64,000 bases of DNA from Candidatus Magasanikbacteria bacterium CG_4_10_14_0_2_um_filter_41_10 (GTDB lineage: Bacteria; Patescibacteriota; Patescibacteriia; Magasanikbacterales; UBA922), in NCBI GenBank assembly GCA_002792995.1, contig PFPJ01000055.1, positions 293 to 64,292 of the forward strand, in the 5' to 3' direction. Below, in pieces: positions 46,541 through 56,858 of the stretch. Within the stretch, counting starts at the first letter, position 1. Every line of letters begins with the position of its first letter. Both the position numbers and the translations under genes were made by a program. The notes beneath the pieces are model-generated. The model saw nothing but the letters and a program-made list of their open reading frames with translations. It had not been told where the DNA came from and ran no database searches.

Positions 46541-49500
46541 ATGCCAATCTACAAGCGACAGAAGACCACGGTGGCAGAACGAAAGTTCTTCACCCCGCTC
46601 AAGAGCGCGATCGAAGCGCCCGATCTCATTGAGACGCAAAAAGCGTCGTACAATTGGTTTTTTGATATTGGTATCAAAGAACTTTTTGAAGAAATTTCTC
46701 CAGTGAAAGATTTTACTGGTCGAGATCTGGAATTGTACTTCGAAGATTATACTATCGATGAGCCCAAGTTTGATGAAGTGGTCTGTCGTGAAAAAAATGT
46801 TACATTTGAAGCTCCGCTTCGTGTAAAAGTTCGTTTGATAAATAAGCGTACAAAAACAGAAGATGTCCAAGAGATTTATCTTGGTGACGTTCCCATCATG
46901 ACTGATCGTGGAACATTTATGGTCAACGGTATTGAGCGTGTGGTGGTATCACAGCTTATCCGAAGTGCAGGTGCCTTTTTTACAGAAAGTACGGTCCGTG
47001 GCCGAAAATATTATGGCGCAAAAATTATTCCAAACCGTGGTGCCTGGATAGAAATTGAAACAGACCAAAACAATGTTATTTGGGTAAAAGTGGATAGAAA
47101 ACGAAAAGTTGCAGCGACATCATTGTTGAGAGCATTTGGAATGAGTGCTGATGAAGATATTATCAAAGCATTCGAAGGTGTGAATACGCATCCAAATATT
47201 GATTACATAGAAGCAACCATTAAAAAAGATGCTGCAGAAAATGAAGATGACGGATTGATCGAAGTCTACAAACGTATTCGTCCAGGTGATCTCGCAACGT
47301 CTGACAATGCAAAGAGTCTCATCCACTCAATGTTTTTCAACTTTGACCGGTATGATTTTGGTCGAGTCGGTGTATACAAATTGGATAAAAAATTTGAACT
47401 TGGTCTTTCTGGTGGCGATTATGACCAAAAAGAACAGCGTGTGTTGTCCCTTGATAAACTTCTTTTGGTATTGAAGGAAGTAGTTCGTTTGAACGTGACA
47501 CAAGAAGATGCTGACGATATCGATCATCTTGGAAATCGTCGTATTCGAGCGGTAGGGGAACTCGTCCAAAACAGATTCCGTGTTGGGCTTGCTCGTATGG
47601 AACGTATCATTCGTGATCGTATGAGTACATACGAACTCGAAAGTCTCGCACCAAATAAACTTATCAACGCACGACCTGTGATCGGAGCAATTCGTGAATT
47701 CTTCATGAGTTCACAGCTGTCTCAGTTCATGGACCAAGTGAATCCACTCGCAGAACTCGAGCACAAACGTCGTGTTTCAGCTCTTGGACCTGGTGGTCTT
47801 TCTCGAGACCGTGCCGGATTTGAAGTTCGTGATGTTCATACAACCCATTACGGTCGTATCTGTCCGATTGCAACACCAGAAGGACCAAACATCGGTCTTG
47901 TTGGACATCTTGCAAGTTATGCAAAAATTAATAGCTTTGGATTTGTAGAAACACCATATAGAAAAGTAGCAAAGAATGTGCCAAACCAAGCGCGCTTTAC
48001 AGAAGGTGAATATTTGCAAGAGGACGTGTCTGGTATTGGAAAATCAGGTGAACAAATTTCAAAAGACATGGCAAAGAAGCTGGAGGGAAAGACAGATATG
48101 GAAACCGTATCAGTCATGCCACGTGTGACAGACGAAATTGTATACCTCAATTCATTTCAAGAAGAAAAAGTTACAACAGCGAGTGCGACAACGAGCATGA
48201 ATGAACATGGTATCCTCATAGGAGAACGTATTCCTGCCCGTGTGCATGGCGAACCAAGTACGGTGTCTGCAGGAGATATTGAATATATTGATGTTGCCTC
48301 AAATCAGATTTTGTCTGTTGCAACAAGCATGATTCCATTTCTCGAACATGACGATGCGACTCGTGCGCTCATGGGAACAAACATGCAACGTCAAGCCGTC
48401 CCATGTATTCAACCAGATTCTCCACTCGTAGGGACTGGCATGGAAAAAATTGCTGCAGAAAATAGCGGACATATTTTGTTTGCTGATGAAGATGGAGAGG
48501 TCACTGCAGTCGATAGTAGCATGGTACAGATTACGGATAAAAATAAAAAAATATACACGTATCCTCTCAACAAATTTGTTCGATCAAACGCATCGAGTTC
48601 TATCAATCAGCGTCCTGTTGTTACACTTGGAGAAAAAGTTAAGAAAGGACAGGCACTGTGTAACGGACCAAGTATCGATAATGGTGAGCTCGCTCTTGGA
48701 CAAAATGTCCTCGTCGCATACATGGTATGGGATGGATACAATTATGAAGATGCTATTATCATTTCAGAACGTATCGTACAGAAAGATAGATATACATCCA
48801 TTCATGTCGAAGACTACGCAACAGATGTTCGAGAAACAAAACTTGGCCCAGAACTTGTCACGAGCGATATTCCAAACGTGAGTGAAGAAAAATTGAAAAA
48901 TCTTGATACCGAAGGTGTTATTCGTGTTGGTGCGGAAGTTCATTCTGGTGACATCTTAGTTGGAAAAATTACTCCAAAAGGAGAAACAGAATTGACACCA
49001 GAAGAGCGATTGCTTCGTGCCATTTTTGGAGAAAAAGCTCGCGATGTTCGTGATTCATCACTCTACCTTGAGCATGGAGAACATGGAAAGGTAACAGATA
49101 TTCGTGTCTTTTCTGCAGACGAAGGAGACAAGTTGCAACCTGGTGTGATCAAGCAAGTCCAAGTCACTGTCGCAGACATGAGAAAACTTCAAGTCGGTGA
49201 TAAAATGGCAGGACGACATGGAAACAAAGGTGTTATTTCTCGCATTGTATCAGTAGAAGACATGCCGTTCCTTGAAGATGGAACACCTGTTGATATTATT
49301 CTTTCTCCACTCGGTGTTATTTCTCGTATGAACTTGGGGCAATTGCTCGAAAGTCATCTTGGTCTCGCAGCAAATGCGCTCGGGTATCGTGCAGCAACAC
49401 CAGTGTTGAATGGAATTACAGAAGCACAAATCAAAGAAGAATTGACAAAGGCTGGATTCCCAACAGATTCACAGTCGCAACTCTATGATGGACGTACTGG

Positions 49501-49951
49501 TGAACCGATGGATCACAAGACCACTGTTGGATACAATTACATGCTCAAGCTCAACCACATGATCGAAGACAAAATGCACCAACGTTCTATTGGTCCATAC
49601 AGTCTTATTACACAGCAACCACTCGGTGGAAAGGCGCAGTTTGGTGGACAACGTTTCGGAGAAATGGAAGTGTGGGCACTCGAAGCATACGGTGCCGCGC
49701 ATTCATTGCAAGAAATTTTGACGATCAAATCCGATGATGTGCCAGGACGAAGCAAAGCATACGAAGCAATTATCAAAGGAAACCCAATCACCCGTGTCAA
49801 CTTACCAGAATCATTCAATGTTTTGGTACGAGAGTTGAAGGGTCTTGCCCTCGATGTAAAACTTATGAAACAAGTCGGTGATGTATACATCCCAGCTGAC
49901 GAAATACCAAAAGTCGAGTCAGCTTCAGACTACATGGAGAATGAAGAGTAG
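46541..49951 (+). CDS. rpoB: DNA-directed RNA polymerase subunit beta
   Basis: 1136 aa; conserved RpoB regions throughout, for example GDKMAGRHGNKGVIS and the rifampicin-region motifs. Confidence 0.97.
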   Translation: MPIYKRQKTTVAERKFFTPLKSAIEAPDLIETQKASYNWFFDIGIKELFEEISPVKDFTGRDLELYFEDYTIDEPKFDEVVCREKNVTFEAPLRVKVRLINKRTKTEDVQEIYLGDVPIMTDRGTFMVNGIERVVVSQLIRSAGAFFTESTVRGRKYYGAKIIPNRGAWIEIETDQNNVIWVKVDRKRKVAATSLLRAFGMSADEDIIKAFEGVNTHPNIDYIEATIKKDAAENEDDGLIEVYKRIRPGDLATSDNAKSLIHSMFFNFDRYDFGRVGVYKLDKKFELGLSGGDYDQKEQRVLSLDKLLLVLKEVVRLNVTQEDADDIDHLGNRRIRAVGELVQNRFRVGLARMERIIRDRMSTYELESLAPNKLINARPVIGAIREFFMSSQLSQFMDQVNPLAELEHKRRVSALGPGGLSRDRAGFEVRDVHTTHYGRICPIATPEGPNIGLVGHLASYAKINSFGFVETPYRKVAKNVPNQARFTEGEYLQEDVSGIGKSGEQISKDMAKKLEGKTDMETVSVMPRVTDEIVYLNSFQEEKVTTASATTSMNEHGILIGERIPARVHGEPSTVSAGDIEYIDVASNQILSVATSMIPFLEHDDATRALMGTNMQRQAVPCIQPDSPLVGTGMEKIAAENSGHILFADEDGEVTAVDSSMVQITDKNKKIYTYPLNKFVRSNASSSINQRPVVTLGEKVKKGQALCNGPSIDNGELALGQNVLVAYMVWDGYNYEDAIIISERIVQKDRYTSIHVEDYATDVRETKLGPELVTSDIPNVSEEKLKNLDTEGVIRVGAEVHSGDILVGKITPKGETELTPEERLLRAIFGEKARDVRDSSLYLEHGEHGKVTDIRVFSADEGDKLQPGVIKQVQVTVADMRKLQVGDKMAGRHGNKGVISRIVSVEDMPFLEDGTPVDIILSPLGVISRMNLGQLLESHLGLAANALGYRAATPVLNGITEAQIKEELTKAGFPTDSQSQLYDGRTGEPMDHKTTVGYNYMLKLNHMIEDKMHQRSIGPYSLITQQPLGGKAQFGGQRFGEMEVWALEAYGAAHSLQEILTIKSDDVPGRSKAYEAIIKGNPITRVNLPESFNVLVRELKGLALDVKLMKQVGDVYIPADEIPKVESASDYMENEE

Positions 49952-49994
49952 TGATATTGTCTCATTTTTCCCTACTTATTAACTTCTAGTACGT

Positions 49995-52900
49995 ATGTCA
50001 CGAGATACTCTACATTCAATAGACTTCGATGCCATCGCCCTCTCGGTCGCATCTCCAGAAGTCATCAAAAATTGGTCTTTTGGTGAAGTGTCAAAACCTG
50101 AGACGATCAATTATCGTACCCAAAAACCAGAAAAAGCAGGGTTGTTCGCAGAAGAAATTTTTGGTCCAACAAAAGATTGGGAATGTTACTGTGGAAAGTA
50201 TAAAAAAATTCGATACAAAGGCATTGTCTGTGACAAGTGTGGTGTGGAAGTCACACACTCACTCGTTCGTCGTGAACGCATGGGACACATCGAGCTTACG
50301 AGTCCTGTGTCACATATCTGGTTTCTTCGTTCAATCCCTTCAAAGATTGGTTTGGTACTTGATATCTCCATCCAAAATCTTGAAAAAGTTATTTACTTTG
50401 CATCCTTTATTATTACGTCAGTGAATGAAGAAGAAAAGAAACAAGCGCTTGATGGATTGAAGGATGAATACAAAACAACACGAAAAGAATTGGAAAAACA
50501 ATTTGCAGAAGAACCAAAAGTGCTTGAAGAAAAGATTGCCGCGCTTGATGAAGACGTCGCTCTCGTGCAGGAAGAACTCAAAGATATCAAGATGATGGGC
50601 ATTGTGTCAGAACATCGATATCAAGAATTGTCATTCCGATATGGCCACATGTTTGAAGCAAGTATCGGTGCTGGTGCCATTCGTGATTTGTTGAAAAAAC
50701 TCAATCTTCCAAAGACGATTGAAAGTTTGGAAAAACAAATTGTAAAAAGTAAAGGAGCAAAACGCGATCGACTCGTACGCCGAGTGAAATTGCTTTCTAG
50801 TTTGAATCAAAATGGTATTAAACCAGAATGGATGGTCCTCACCTCCATTCCTGTTATTCCACCAGATCTCCGCCCAATGGTAGCGCTCGATGGAGGACGC
50901 TTTGCGACATCTGATCTCAATGATCTGTATCGTCGTGTTATCAATCGAAACAATCGGTTGGGTCGATTGCTCTCACTCAATGCACCAGAAGTCATCTGTC
51001 GCAACGAACGACGTATGTTGCAAGAAGCCGTTGATGCACTTATCGACAACAATGCACGTTCTGCAAAAACAGTTACTGCGTCTACAGGACAAAAACGAAA
51101 ATTGCGTTCTCTGGCAGATATTTTGAAAGGAAAGCAAGGACGATTCCGACAAAACTTGCTCGGAAAACGTGTCGACTATTCAGGACGTTCCGTTATTGTC
51201 GTAGGACCAAATCTTCAAATGCACGAATGTGGATTGCCAAAACGTATGGCACTTGAATTGTTCAAACCATTTGTCATGAGTGAGATCATCAAACGTGAGC
51301 TTGCACATAATGTTCGCAGTGCATCACGATATATCGAATCCAATGCCCCAGAAGTATGGGATATCTTGGAAGATCTTACCTCAAAGACTCGTGTACTCTT
51401 GAATCGTGCGCCTACCTTGCATCGTCTTGGTATTCAGGCATTTCGACCAAGACTTGTTGAAGGAAAAGCAATTCAACTTCATCCACTCGTGACACCAGCG
51501 TTCAATGCCGATTTCGACGGAGACCAAATGGCAGTTCATTTGCCGTTGACCGAAGAAGCAAAGTGGGAAGCTGAACATATCATGGCTGCAGAAAAAAACT
51601 TGTTGAAACCTGCGACAGGACAACCTATTATTACCCCTCAACAAGATATTACCCTCGGGTCATATTATTTGACTCGATATGCTGAAGCTGACACAGGAGA
51701 GATAACAAAATACTTCTCAAATATTACTGAAGCAAAATACGCATACAAAACACGCATGATCGGTGTACATGAACGTGTCAAAATTCGGTTCGATAATGTA
51801 GCAAAATTTCCAGAAGGACAAAGTACTCTTGTGGAAACATCTATTGGTCGAGTATTTTTCAATGAAATTTTCCCAGACAAAATTGAATACTACAACGAAC
51901 CAATTACCAAAAAACATTTGTCAAAGATTATTGCGTCAATGCTTGAATTTTATGGACAAGCAGAGACTGCTATTATTCTTGATAGAATTAAGGAAGTCGG
52001 GTTCAAGTATGTTACGAAGTCTGGATATTCTCTTGGGATGGATGACTTCGGACGAATCGAAGAAAAGAAAGGCATTCTCGAAGAAGGTGGCAATAGTGTC
52101 GCCTTGGTAGAAGAACAATTCAAAGAAGGGTTGCTCACTGGTTCTGAACGACATGCAAAAGTTCTGGAAATTTGGACTGATGTCAAAGACCGTGTTGTCT
52201 CATTCAATAAACAGGCACTTGATAAAGAAGGACCAGTCTTTGCAATGATTGATTCTGGTGCTCGTGGATCATGGGGACAGCTTGGACAGGTGATCGGTAT
52301 GAAAGGACTTGTGGCTTCTCCAAGTGGAGACATCATCGAACTTCCTGTTACAGGAAACTTCAAAGAAGGATTCGATGTTCTTGAGTTCTTTATCTCTTCT
52401 CACGGTACACGAAAAGGTCTTTCAGATACCGCTCTTCGTACTGCAAACGCAGGATATTTGACTCGTCGTCTTGTCGATGTTGCACAAGATGTAGTGGTCA
52501 CTCATGATGATTGTGGTGACGATATTGGAGAATTTTTTACAAAAGAAAATTCAGAACAAATTGGAGAAAAATTATCTGAACGTGTTGGCGGAAGATTTGT
52601 TCTTGTCGATGTCAAGGCCGGACGCAAGACCTTAATAAAAGCAGGAGAAATGATTACCGCTGAGATAGCTCGACAAGTGGAATCGGAGGGCGTAGAAGAA
52701 GTGCATGTACGCAGTGTACTGCAGTGTCGCTTGCCAAAGGGTGTTTGTGCAACCTGTTATGGTGTTGATCTTTCAAACAGTGCTGTTGTCAAAAAAGGAA
52801 CAGCTGTTGGAATCATCGCAGCACAATCCATTGGTGAACCTGGTACACAGTTGACTATGCGTACGTTCCATCTTGGAGGTGTCGCTGGAGGAGATATCAC

Positions 52901-53822
52901 CCAAGGGTTGCCACGTGTTGAAGAATTGTTTGAAGCGAGAAAACCAAAACGAAAAGCAGTTCTTTCCGAAGTTGCTGGTACTATTGAAATAGAAGATGCA
53001 GACGGAAAAGTAATTACCAGTCCAACAGGACGAAAAGTATTCGAAGGACGAAAAGGACAAAAAATTATCAAGGTTCACTTCGAAGGCATGGATGAATTGG
53101 AAATGAAGATCCGGAAATCTGACGATATCAAAGTCGTTGATGGACAAAAAGTAAAGCAAGATGATGTTCTCTACATTAGTGGAAGCACGGGAGAAGAAAT
53201 CAAAGCCGAATACGGTGGCGTTATTTCTCTTGGAAGCAAAGTGCTTGGTTTGAAATACCAAGGGAGTCATCGAAAAGAATACATTGTTCAGATTGGATTT
53301 AAGTTGTGGGTCAAGAATGGCGATGTCGTTGAAAAAGGTGACCAGCTTACCGAAGGAAGTGTTGACCTCCAAGAACTTTTTGAGCTCAAAGGGCGAGACG
53401 CCGTACAGAGATACATTCTTTCTGAGATTCAAAGTATTTACGCATCACAAGGACAACGTCTCAACGATAAACATGTAGAGCTCATTGTTCGACAGATGTT
53501 CTCTCGAGTCTATGTAGAAGATTCAGGAGATACTGATCTTCTTCCTGGAGAGACAGTTGAAAAGGCACAATTTCAAGGTGCCAATATGATCGCAGAAAAA
53601 AATAAAGGAAGAGAAGCCTCAGGACGAGAATTGTTCCTCGGTGTGTCAAAAATTTCTTTGTCTACACAGAGCTTCCTCTCTGCAGCATCTTTCCAAGAAA
53701 CCAGCAAAGTGCTTATCAATGCCGCTATTACCGGCAAGATGGATCCACTCGAAGGTCTCAAGGAAAACGTCATCATCGGACGACTTATTCCTGCAGGAAC
53801 GGGATTCAAAGATCATGAGTAA
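49995..53822 (+). CDS. rpoC: DNA-directed RNA polymerase subunit beta'
   Basis: 1275 aa; zinc-finger CYCGKYKKIRYKGIVCDKCGVEV and the catalytic NADFDGDQMAVH. Confidence 0.97.
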   Translation: MSRDTLHSIDFDAIALSVASPEVIKNWSFGEVSKPETINYRTQKPEKAGLFAEEIFGPTKDWECYCGKYKKIRYKGIVCDKCGVEVTHSLVRRERMGHIELTSPVSHIWFLRSIPSKIGLVLDISIQNLEKVIYFASFIITSVNEEEKKQALDGLKDEYKTTRKELEKQFAEEPKVLEEKIAALDEDVALVQEELKDIKMMGIVSEHRYQELSFRYGHMFEASIGAGAIRDLLKKLNLPKTIESLEKQIVKSKGAKRDRLVRRVKLLSSLNQNGIKPEWMVLTSIPVIPPDLRPMVALDGGRFATSDLNDLYRRVINRNNRLGRLLSLNAPEVICRNERRMLQEAVDALIDNNARSAKTVTASTGQKRKLRSLADILKGKQGRFRQNLLGKRVDYSGRSVIVVGPNLQMHECGLPKRMALELFKPFVMSEIIKRELAHNVRSASRYIESNAPEVWDILEDLTSKTRVLLNRAPTLHRLGIQAFRPRLVEGKAIQLHPLVTPAFNADFDGDQMAVHLPLTEEAKWEAEHIMAAEKNLLKPATGQPIITPQQDITLGSYYLTRYAEADTGEITKYFSNITEAKYAYKTRMIGVHERVKIRFDNVAKFPEGQSTLVETSIGRVFFNEIFPDKIEYYNEPITKKHLSKIIASMLEFYGQAETAIILDRIKEVGFKYVTKSGYSLGMDDFGRIEEKKGILEEGGNSVALVEEQFKEGLLTGSERHAKVLEIWTDVKDRVVSFNKQALDKEGPVFAMIDSGARGSWGQLGQVIGMKGLVASPSGDIIELPVTGNFKEGFDVLEFFISSHGTRKGLSDTALRTANAGYLTRRLVDVAQDVVVTHDDCGDDIGEFFTKENSEQIGEKLSERVGGRFVLVDVKAGRKTLIKAGEMITAEIARQVESEGVEEVHVRSVLQCRLPKGVCATCYGVDLSNSAVVKKGTAVGIIAAQSIGEPGTQLTMRTFHLGGVAGGDITQGLPRVEELFEARKPKRKAVLSEVAGTIEIEDADGKVITSPTGRKVFEGRKGQKIIKVHFEGMDELEMKIRKSDDIKVVDGQKVKQDDVLYISGSTGEEIKAEYGGVISLGSKVLGLKYQGSHRKEYIVQIGFKLWVKNGDVVEKGDQLTEGSVDLQELFELKGRDAVQRYILSEIQSIYASQGQRLNDKHVELIVRQMFSRVYVEDSGDTDLLPGETVEKAQFQGANMIAEKNKGREASGRELFLGVSKISLSTQSFLSAASFQETSKVLINAAITGKMDPLEGLKENVIIGRLIPAGTGFKDHE

Positions 53823-53854
53823 GGAACACGCCAGATAGAAAATGGAATGCAAAA

Positions 53855-53886
53855 ACAGTCCCGATTATATCGGGGCTGTTTTTTGT
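53855..53886 (+). terminator. Rho-independent terminator after rpoC
   Basis: ACAGTCCCGAT-TATA-TCGGGGCTGT followed by TTTTTTG. Confidence 0.5.
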
Positions 53887-53944
53887 TTTGAAAAACATTG
53901 AATATTCATTTCATTTTTGATAGGCTCTCTATGTACTATATAAA

Positions 53945-54683
53945 AATACTTTGTATGTCAGGACATTCACGATGGAGTAAAATTCAGCACAAAAAAGGGA
54001 AGGCTGACGCACAGCGGGGAAATTTGTTTACCAAATTGTGTAAGGCCATTACCATGGCAGCAAAAGATGGTGGAGGCGATGCAGAAATGAATTTTTCGCT
54101 TCGTCTTGCGATAGAAAAAGCAAAAGGTGGAAATGTCCCAAAAGACAATATTGAACGTGCCATCAAGCGTGGAACTGGGGAACTAAAAGATGGTGAAGAA
54201 ATTCAAGAAGTACTGTACGAAGGATATGGCCCAGGTGGCATTGCCGTACTTGTCGAAACATTGAGCGACAATAAAAATAGAACTGTCTCCGAAGTAAAAA
54301 ATGCATTTACCAAAAATGGTGGTTCTCTCGGGAGTCTTGGAAGTGTGCAGTGGCAGTTTGAACGACAGGGAGTAGTGATTTTGGGTCATGCCCAAGTATC
54401 CATATCAAAAGATGATCTCGAACTTGCCTTGATAGATGCCGGAGCGTCAGACATTCTTGAGTTTGATGAACATCTCGAAGTACGTTGTCCAATGGATAAG
54501 TTTCAATCTGTGGTGGAGGCATTGAAAACATGTGGTGTTGGTGAACCCGAAGATGCTGGACTCAAGTGGGTCGCAAAAGAAGAGGTCGGCGTGGACGATG
54601 GCATTGCAGAAAAAATGGAAAAATTATATGATGCGCTTGATGAGCTCGACGATGTAAACGAAATTTATACAAATGAAAAATAA
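53945..54683 (+). CDS. YebC/PmpR family transcriptional regulator
   Basis: MSGHSRWSKIQHKKGKADAQRGNLFTKL... matches the YebC N-terminus. The ATG is at 53945; the track ORF starts earlier in frame. Confidence 0.9.
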
Positions 54684-55155
54684 ATCACAACGCATTCTCG
54701 GTATCGACCCGGGCTATGGTCGCATTGGGTATGGTGTTATTGAAGGTGCACGTGGTGCGTGGGTACATGTGGCACATGGGTGTATCGAAACAAATACCAA
54801 AGCAGATTTTGCAGAGCGACTTGTGGAGCTGAAACAAGATCTCCTTTCAATATTAGAAAAATATCAGCCGGATAAAGCAGGCATCGAACAATTATTTTTT
54901 GCAAAAAATGTAACAACAGGAATGAAAGTAAGCGAAGCGCGTGGCGTTATTCTTCTTACCTTGCATGAAGCAGGTGTTCAGGTGCAGGAAGTCACGCCAC
55001 TACAGATGAAGCAAGCGATCGTTGGGTACGGTCGTGCAGAAAAAGGACAACTTCAGGAAATGATTCGTATTCAATTACTTTTGAAAAAACGCCCTACGCC
55101 AGACGATGCTGCCGATGCGTTGGGTGTTGCGTTGACGGCAGGACTGTTGTTTTAG
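54673..55155 (+). CDS. ruvC: Holliday junction resolvase RuvC
   Basis: ILGIDPGYGRIGYGVIE and the catalytic acidic residues. It overlaps the yebC stop codon, consistent with the yebC-ruvC operon. Confidence 0.9.
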   Translation: MKNKSQRILGIDPGYGRIGYGVIEGARGAWVHVAHGCIETNTKADFAERLVELKQDLLSILEKYQPDKAGIEQLFFAKNVTTGMKVSEARGVILLTLHEAGVQVQEVTPLQMKQAIVGYGRAEKGQLQEMIRIQLLLKKRPTPDDAADALGVALTAGLLF

Positions 55156-55355
55156 TAGGTCATCCCGAGCGAAGTTGAGGGATCTCGTTGATTCATCAGC
55201 ATACATTCATACATCGAGTTCTCTCGACTTCTCATTCGACTCACTTCGTTTGTTCAGAGTCGATTGAGATGACGGTTTTTGACACAAGTATAACTTGTTT
55301 TTTTTGGTTTGCTATGATACATACCATGTATCCCATTCATGCCTAGGAGGGCAAC

Positions 55356-56054
55356 ATGAACACGACGGCAACGAGTGCTACTGTCCAGAAGGACGATCTT
55401 CAGCTGCTTCGGGCAGCGTTTCATATCGCCTTCCACATCATCGCCATCAGCCTTGTTGCTTCACGCGAGGTGTCTGATGAGGTAATTGATCAGGTTTTGG
55501 ATATCGCGTGGAAGGCTGTGGTTGTGGCAGAAATCTTCATGATTTCTGGGTACCGGATGTCGCAGAAGTGTGACAACTGGTATACGAAGGCGTTTGCCTG
55601 GTTCCACAAGTACATTGCAAGGTACCTCATACGACCAAAAGAGTATGGAAAACCTACCGCTATGACTACGTATGTCCTCGGACTCGTAGTAATTCGCCTG
55701 GGGCTTGCTGTCCCGGTGATCGAGTGCCTGTACATAATGGCGATCCTGTCATGGGGAGATCCTTTTGCAAGGATTGGGGGGATCAAGATCAAGGGGCCTT
55801 ATCTGCCCTTCAGGAAGAAGGCCAAGAAGACCTGGGCTGGATTCTTGACATTCTTCTTTGTGTCGACGGTGGTGGTTGTGATTCAGGATGTCGTTCTGAT
55901 AGATGTTGGAATGCTGACTCTGACTACGGTGCCTGCCATTGCCCAAATCGTCGCGGTCTTTGCCGGTGCGTTCGCCGAGGCGTACGCCCCATTCGCTGAT
56001 AATTTCTTCATCACGCTGGTGGCATACGGAGGGTATGCCGTCGTCATGGGGTGA
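55356..56054 (+). CDS. GC-rich polytopic membrane protein with a CTP_transf_1-like (CdsA / dolichol-kinase family) KTWxG motif
   Basis: AGGAGGG RBS, about 58% GC, 6-7 TM segments. Motifs KKAKKTWAGF and a C-terminal ...FADNFFITL. The canonical CdsA HGG...DR motif is not seen. Confidence 0.45.
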   Translation: MNTTATSATVQKDDLQLLRAAFHIAFHIIAISLVASREVSDEVIDQVLDIAWKAVVVAEIFMISGYRMSQKCDNWYTKAFAWFHKYIARYLIRPKEYGKPTAMTTYVLGLVVIRLGLAVPVIECLYIMAILSWGDPFARIGGIKIKGPYLPFRKKAKKTWAGFLTFFFVSTVVVVIQDVVLIDVGMLTLTTVPAIAQIVAVFAGAFAEAYAPFADNFFITLVAYGGYAVVMG

Positions 56055-56124
56055 AGAGATTCAAGGAGAAACACGCCGCCCCGCACGGCGTAAAACGCGG
56101 GACGAGCGCCAAGGCGAGCAGGCC

Positions 56125-56313
56125 ATGCGGAGCATGGAGCCTGCGGTGAGGCAACGCCTGAAGCGTGAGATGGGGGAGATCTATGATTGCCCCCTGAACT
56201 GTCGTTGTAAGAACCCGCTCTGGGACTGCACAAGGCAGCCGAAGCCGTCGTTCTACGACGACTACGAGTTCGAGGACTTCGAGTTGGAGTTCCTCGACGG
56301 CCTCAACGGTTAA
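56125..56313 (+). CDS. Small GC-rich hypothetical protein (62 aa) with four Cys residues and an acidic C-terminus
   Basis: MRSMEPAVRQRLKREMGEIYDCPLNCRCKNPLWDCTRQPKPSFYDDYEFEDFELEFLDGLNG. Weak RBS. It is followed by a GC-rich terminator. Confidence 0.3.
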   Translation: MRSMEPAVRQRLKREMGEIYDCPLNCRCKNPLWDCTRQPKPSFYDDYEFEDFELEFLDGLNG

Positions 56314-56319
56314 GGAGAA

Positions 56320-56358
56320 ACGCCGCCCCTCTGGAAGAAGGGCGGCGTTCGTGTTTTT
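56320..56358 (+). terminator. Rho-independent terminator
   Basis: ACGCCGCCC-CTCTGGAAGAA-GGGCGGCGT followed by TCGTGTTTTT. Confidence 0.5.
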
Positions 56359-56390
56359 GGCTACTATTAGCCAAACTATGTTCTCTCCCA

Positions 56391-56419
56391 TTGACAAGAA
56401 GGCAGAAATATGCTATAGT
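56391..56419 (+). promoter_or_regulatory. Sigma70-like promoter TTGACA-17-TATAGT for rpsO
   Basis: TTGACA at 56391-56396 and TATAGT at 56414-56419. Confidence 0.5.
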
Positions 56420-56507
56420 AATCTTGTTTTTAATATACATCTTGGCATAGCCAAGCTGGACCCTCTTCGGACATGCCCCAGAGCGGCCTAGTAACCATAA
56501 TGCATGT

Positions 56508-56858
56508 ATGCTCACAAAGCGAAAAAAGCAGAACGTGATCAAGAAGTATCAAACCCACGAAGGTGATACGGGATCAAGTCAAGTGCAAATTGCTATCTTG
56601 ACGACAGAGATCGATGAATTAGTAGGTCATTTGAAAAAACATCATAAGGATCATTCTTCACGACGAGGACTCCTTCGAAAGGTAGGAGAACGACGACGAC
56701 TCCTCCGTTATTTGAAAAAGGAAGACGTAAAAGGATACGAAGCATTGGTCATTGATTTGAAACTCAAGCAAGCCAAGAAACTTGGCAAACCAATAAAGGA
56801 AGAAGACGTGTTAGAAGATTTAGAAGACGAGAATGTCACAGAAACATCAACAAAATAA
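56508..56858 (+). CDS. rpsO: 30S ribosomal protein S15 with a ~25-aa acidic C-terminal extension
   Basis: GDTGSSQVQIAILTTEIDELVGHLKKHHKDHSSRRGLLRKVGERRRLLRYLKK matches S15. Confidence 0.9.
   Translation: MLTKRKKQNVIKKYQTHEGDTGSSQVQIAILTTEIDELVGHLKKHHKDHSSRRGLLRKVGERRRLLRYLKKEDVKGYEALVIDLKLKQAKKLGKPIKEEDVLEDLEDENVTETSTK

Noticed and set aside
46541-53822. Antisense and internal ORFs within rpoB/rpoC (e.g. 51950-52363 -, 52773-53432 -, 48450-48881 +)
   Set aside because: They lie entirely inside highly conserved coding sequence on the opposite strand or in another frame. Their hydrophobic or low-complexity compositions are typical of spurious ORFs.
55939-56313. Long 124-aa version of the small GC-rich ORF, overlapping the end of the membrane protein gene
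   Set aside because: The upstream part overlaps 55356-56054 in another frame and is Arg-rich. It was trimmed to the internal ATG at 56125, and even that call is low confidence.
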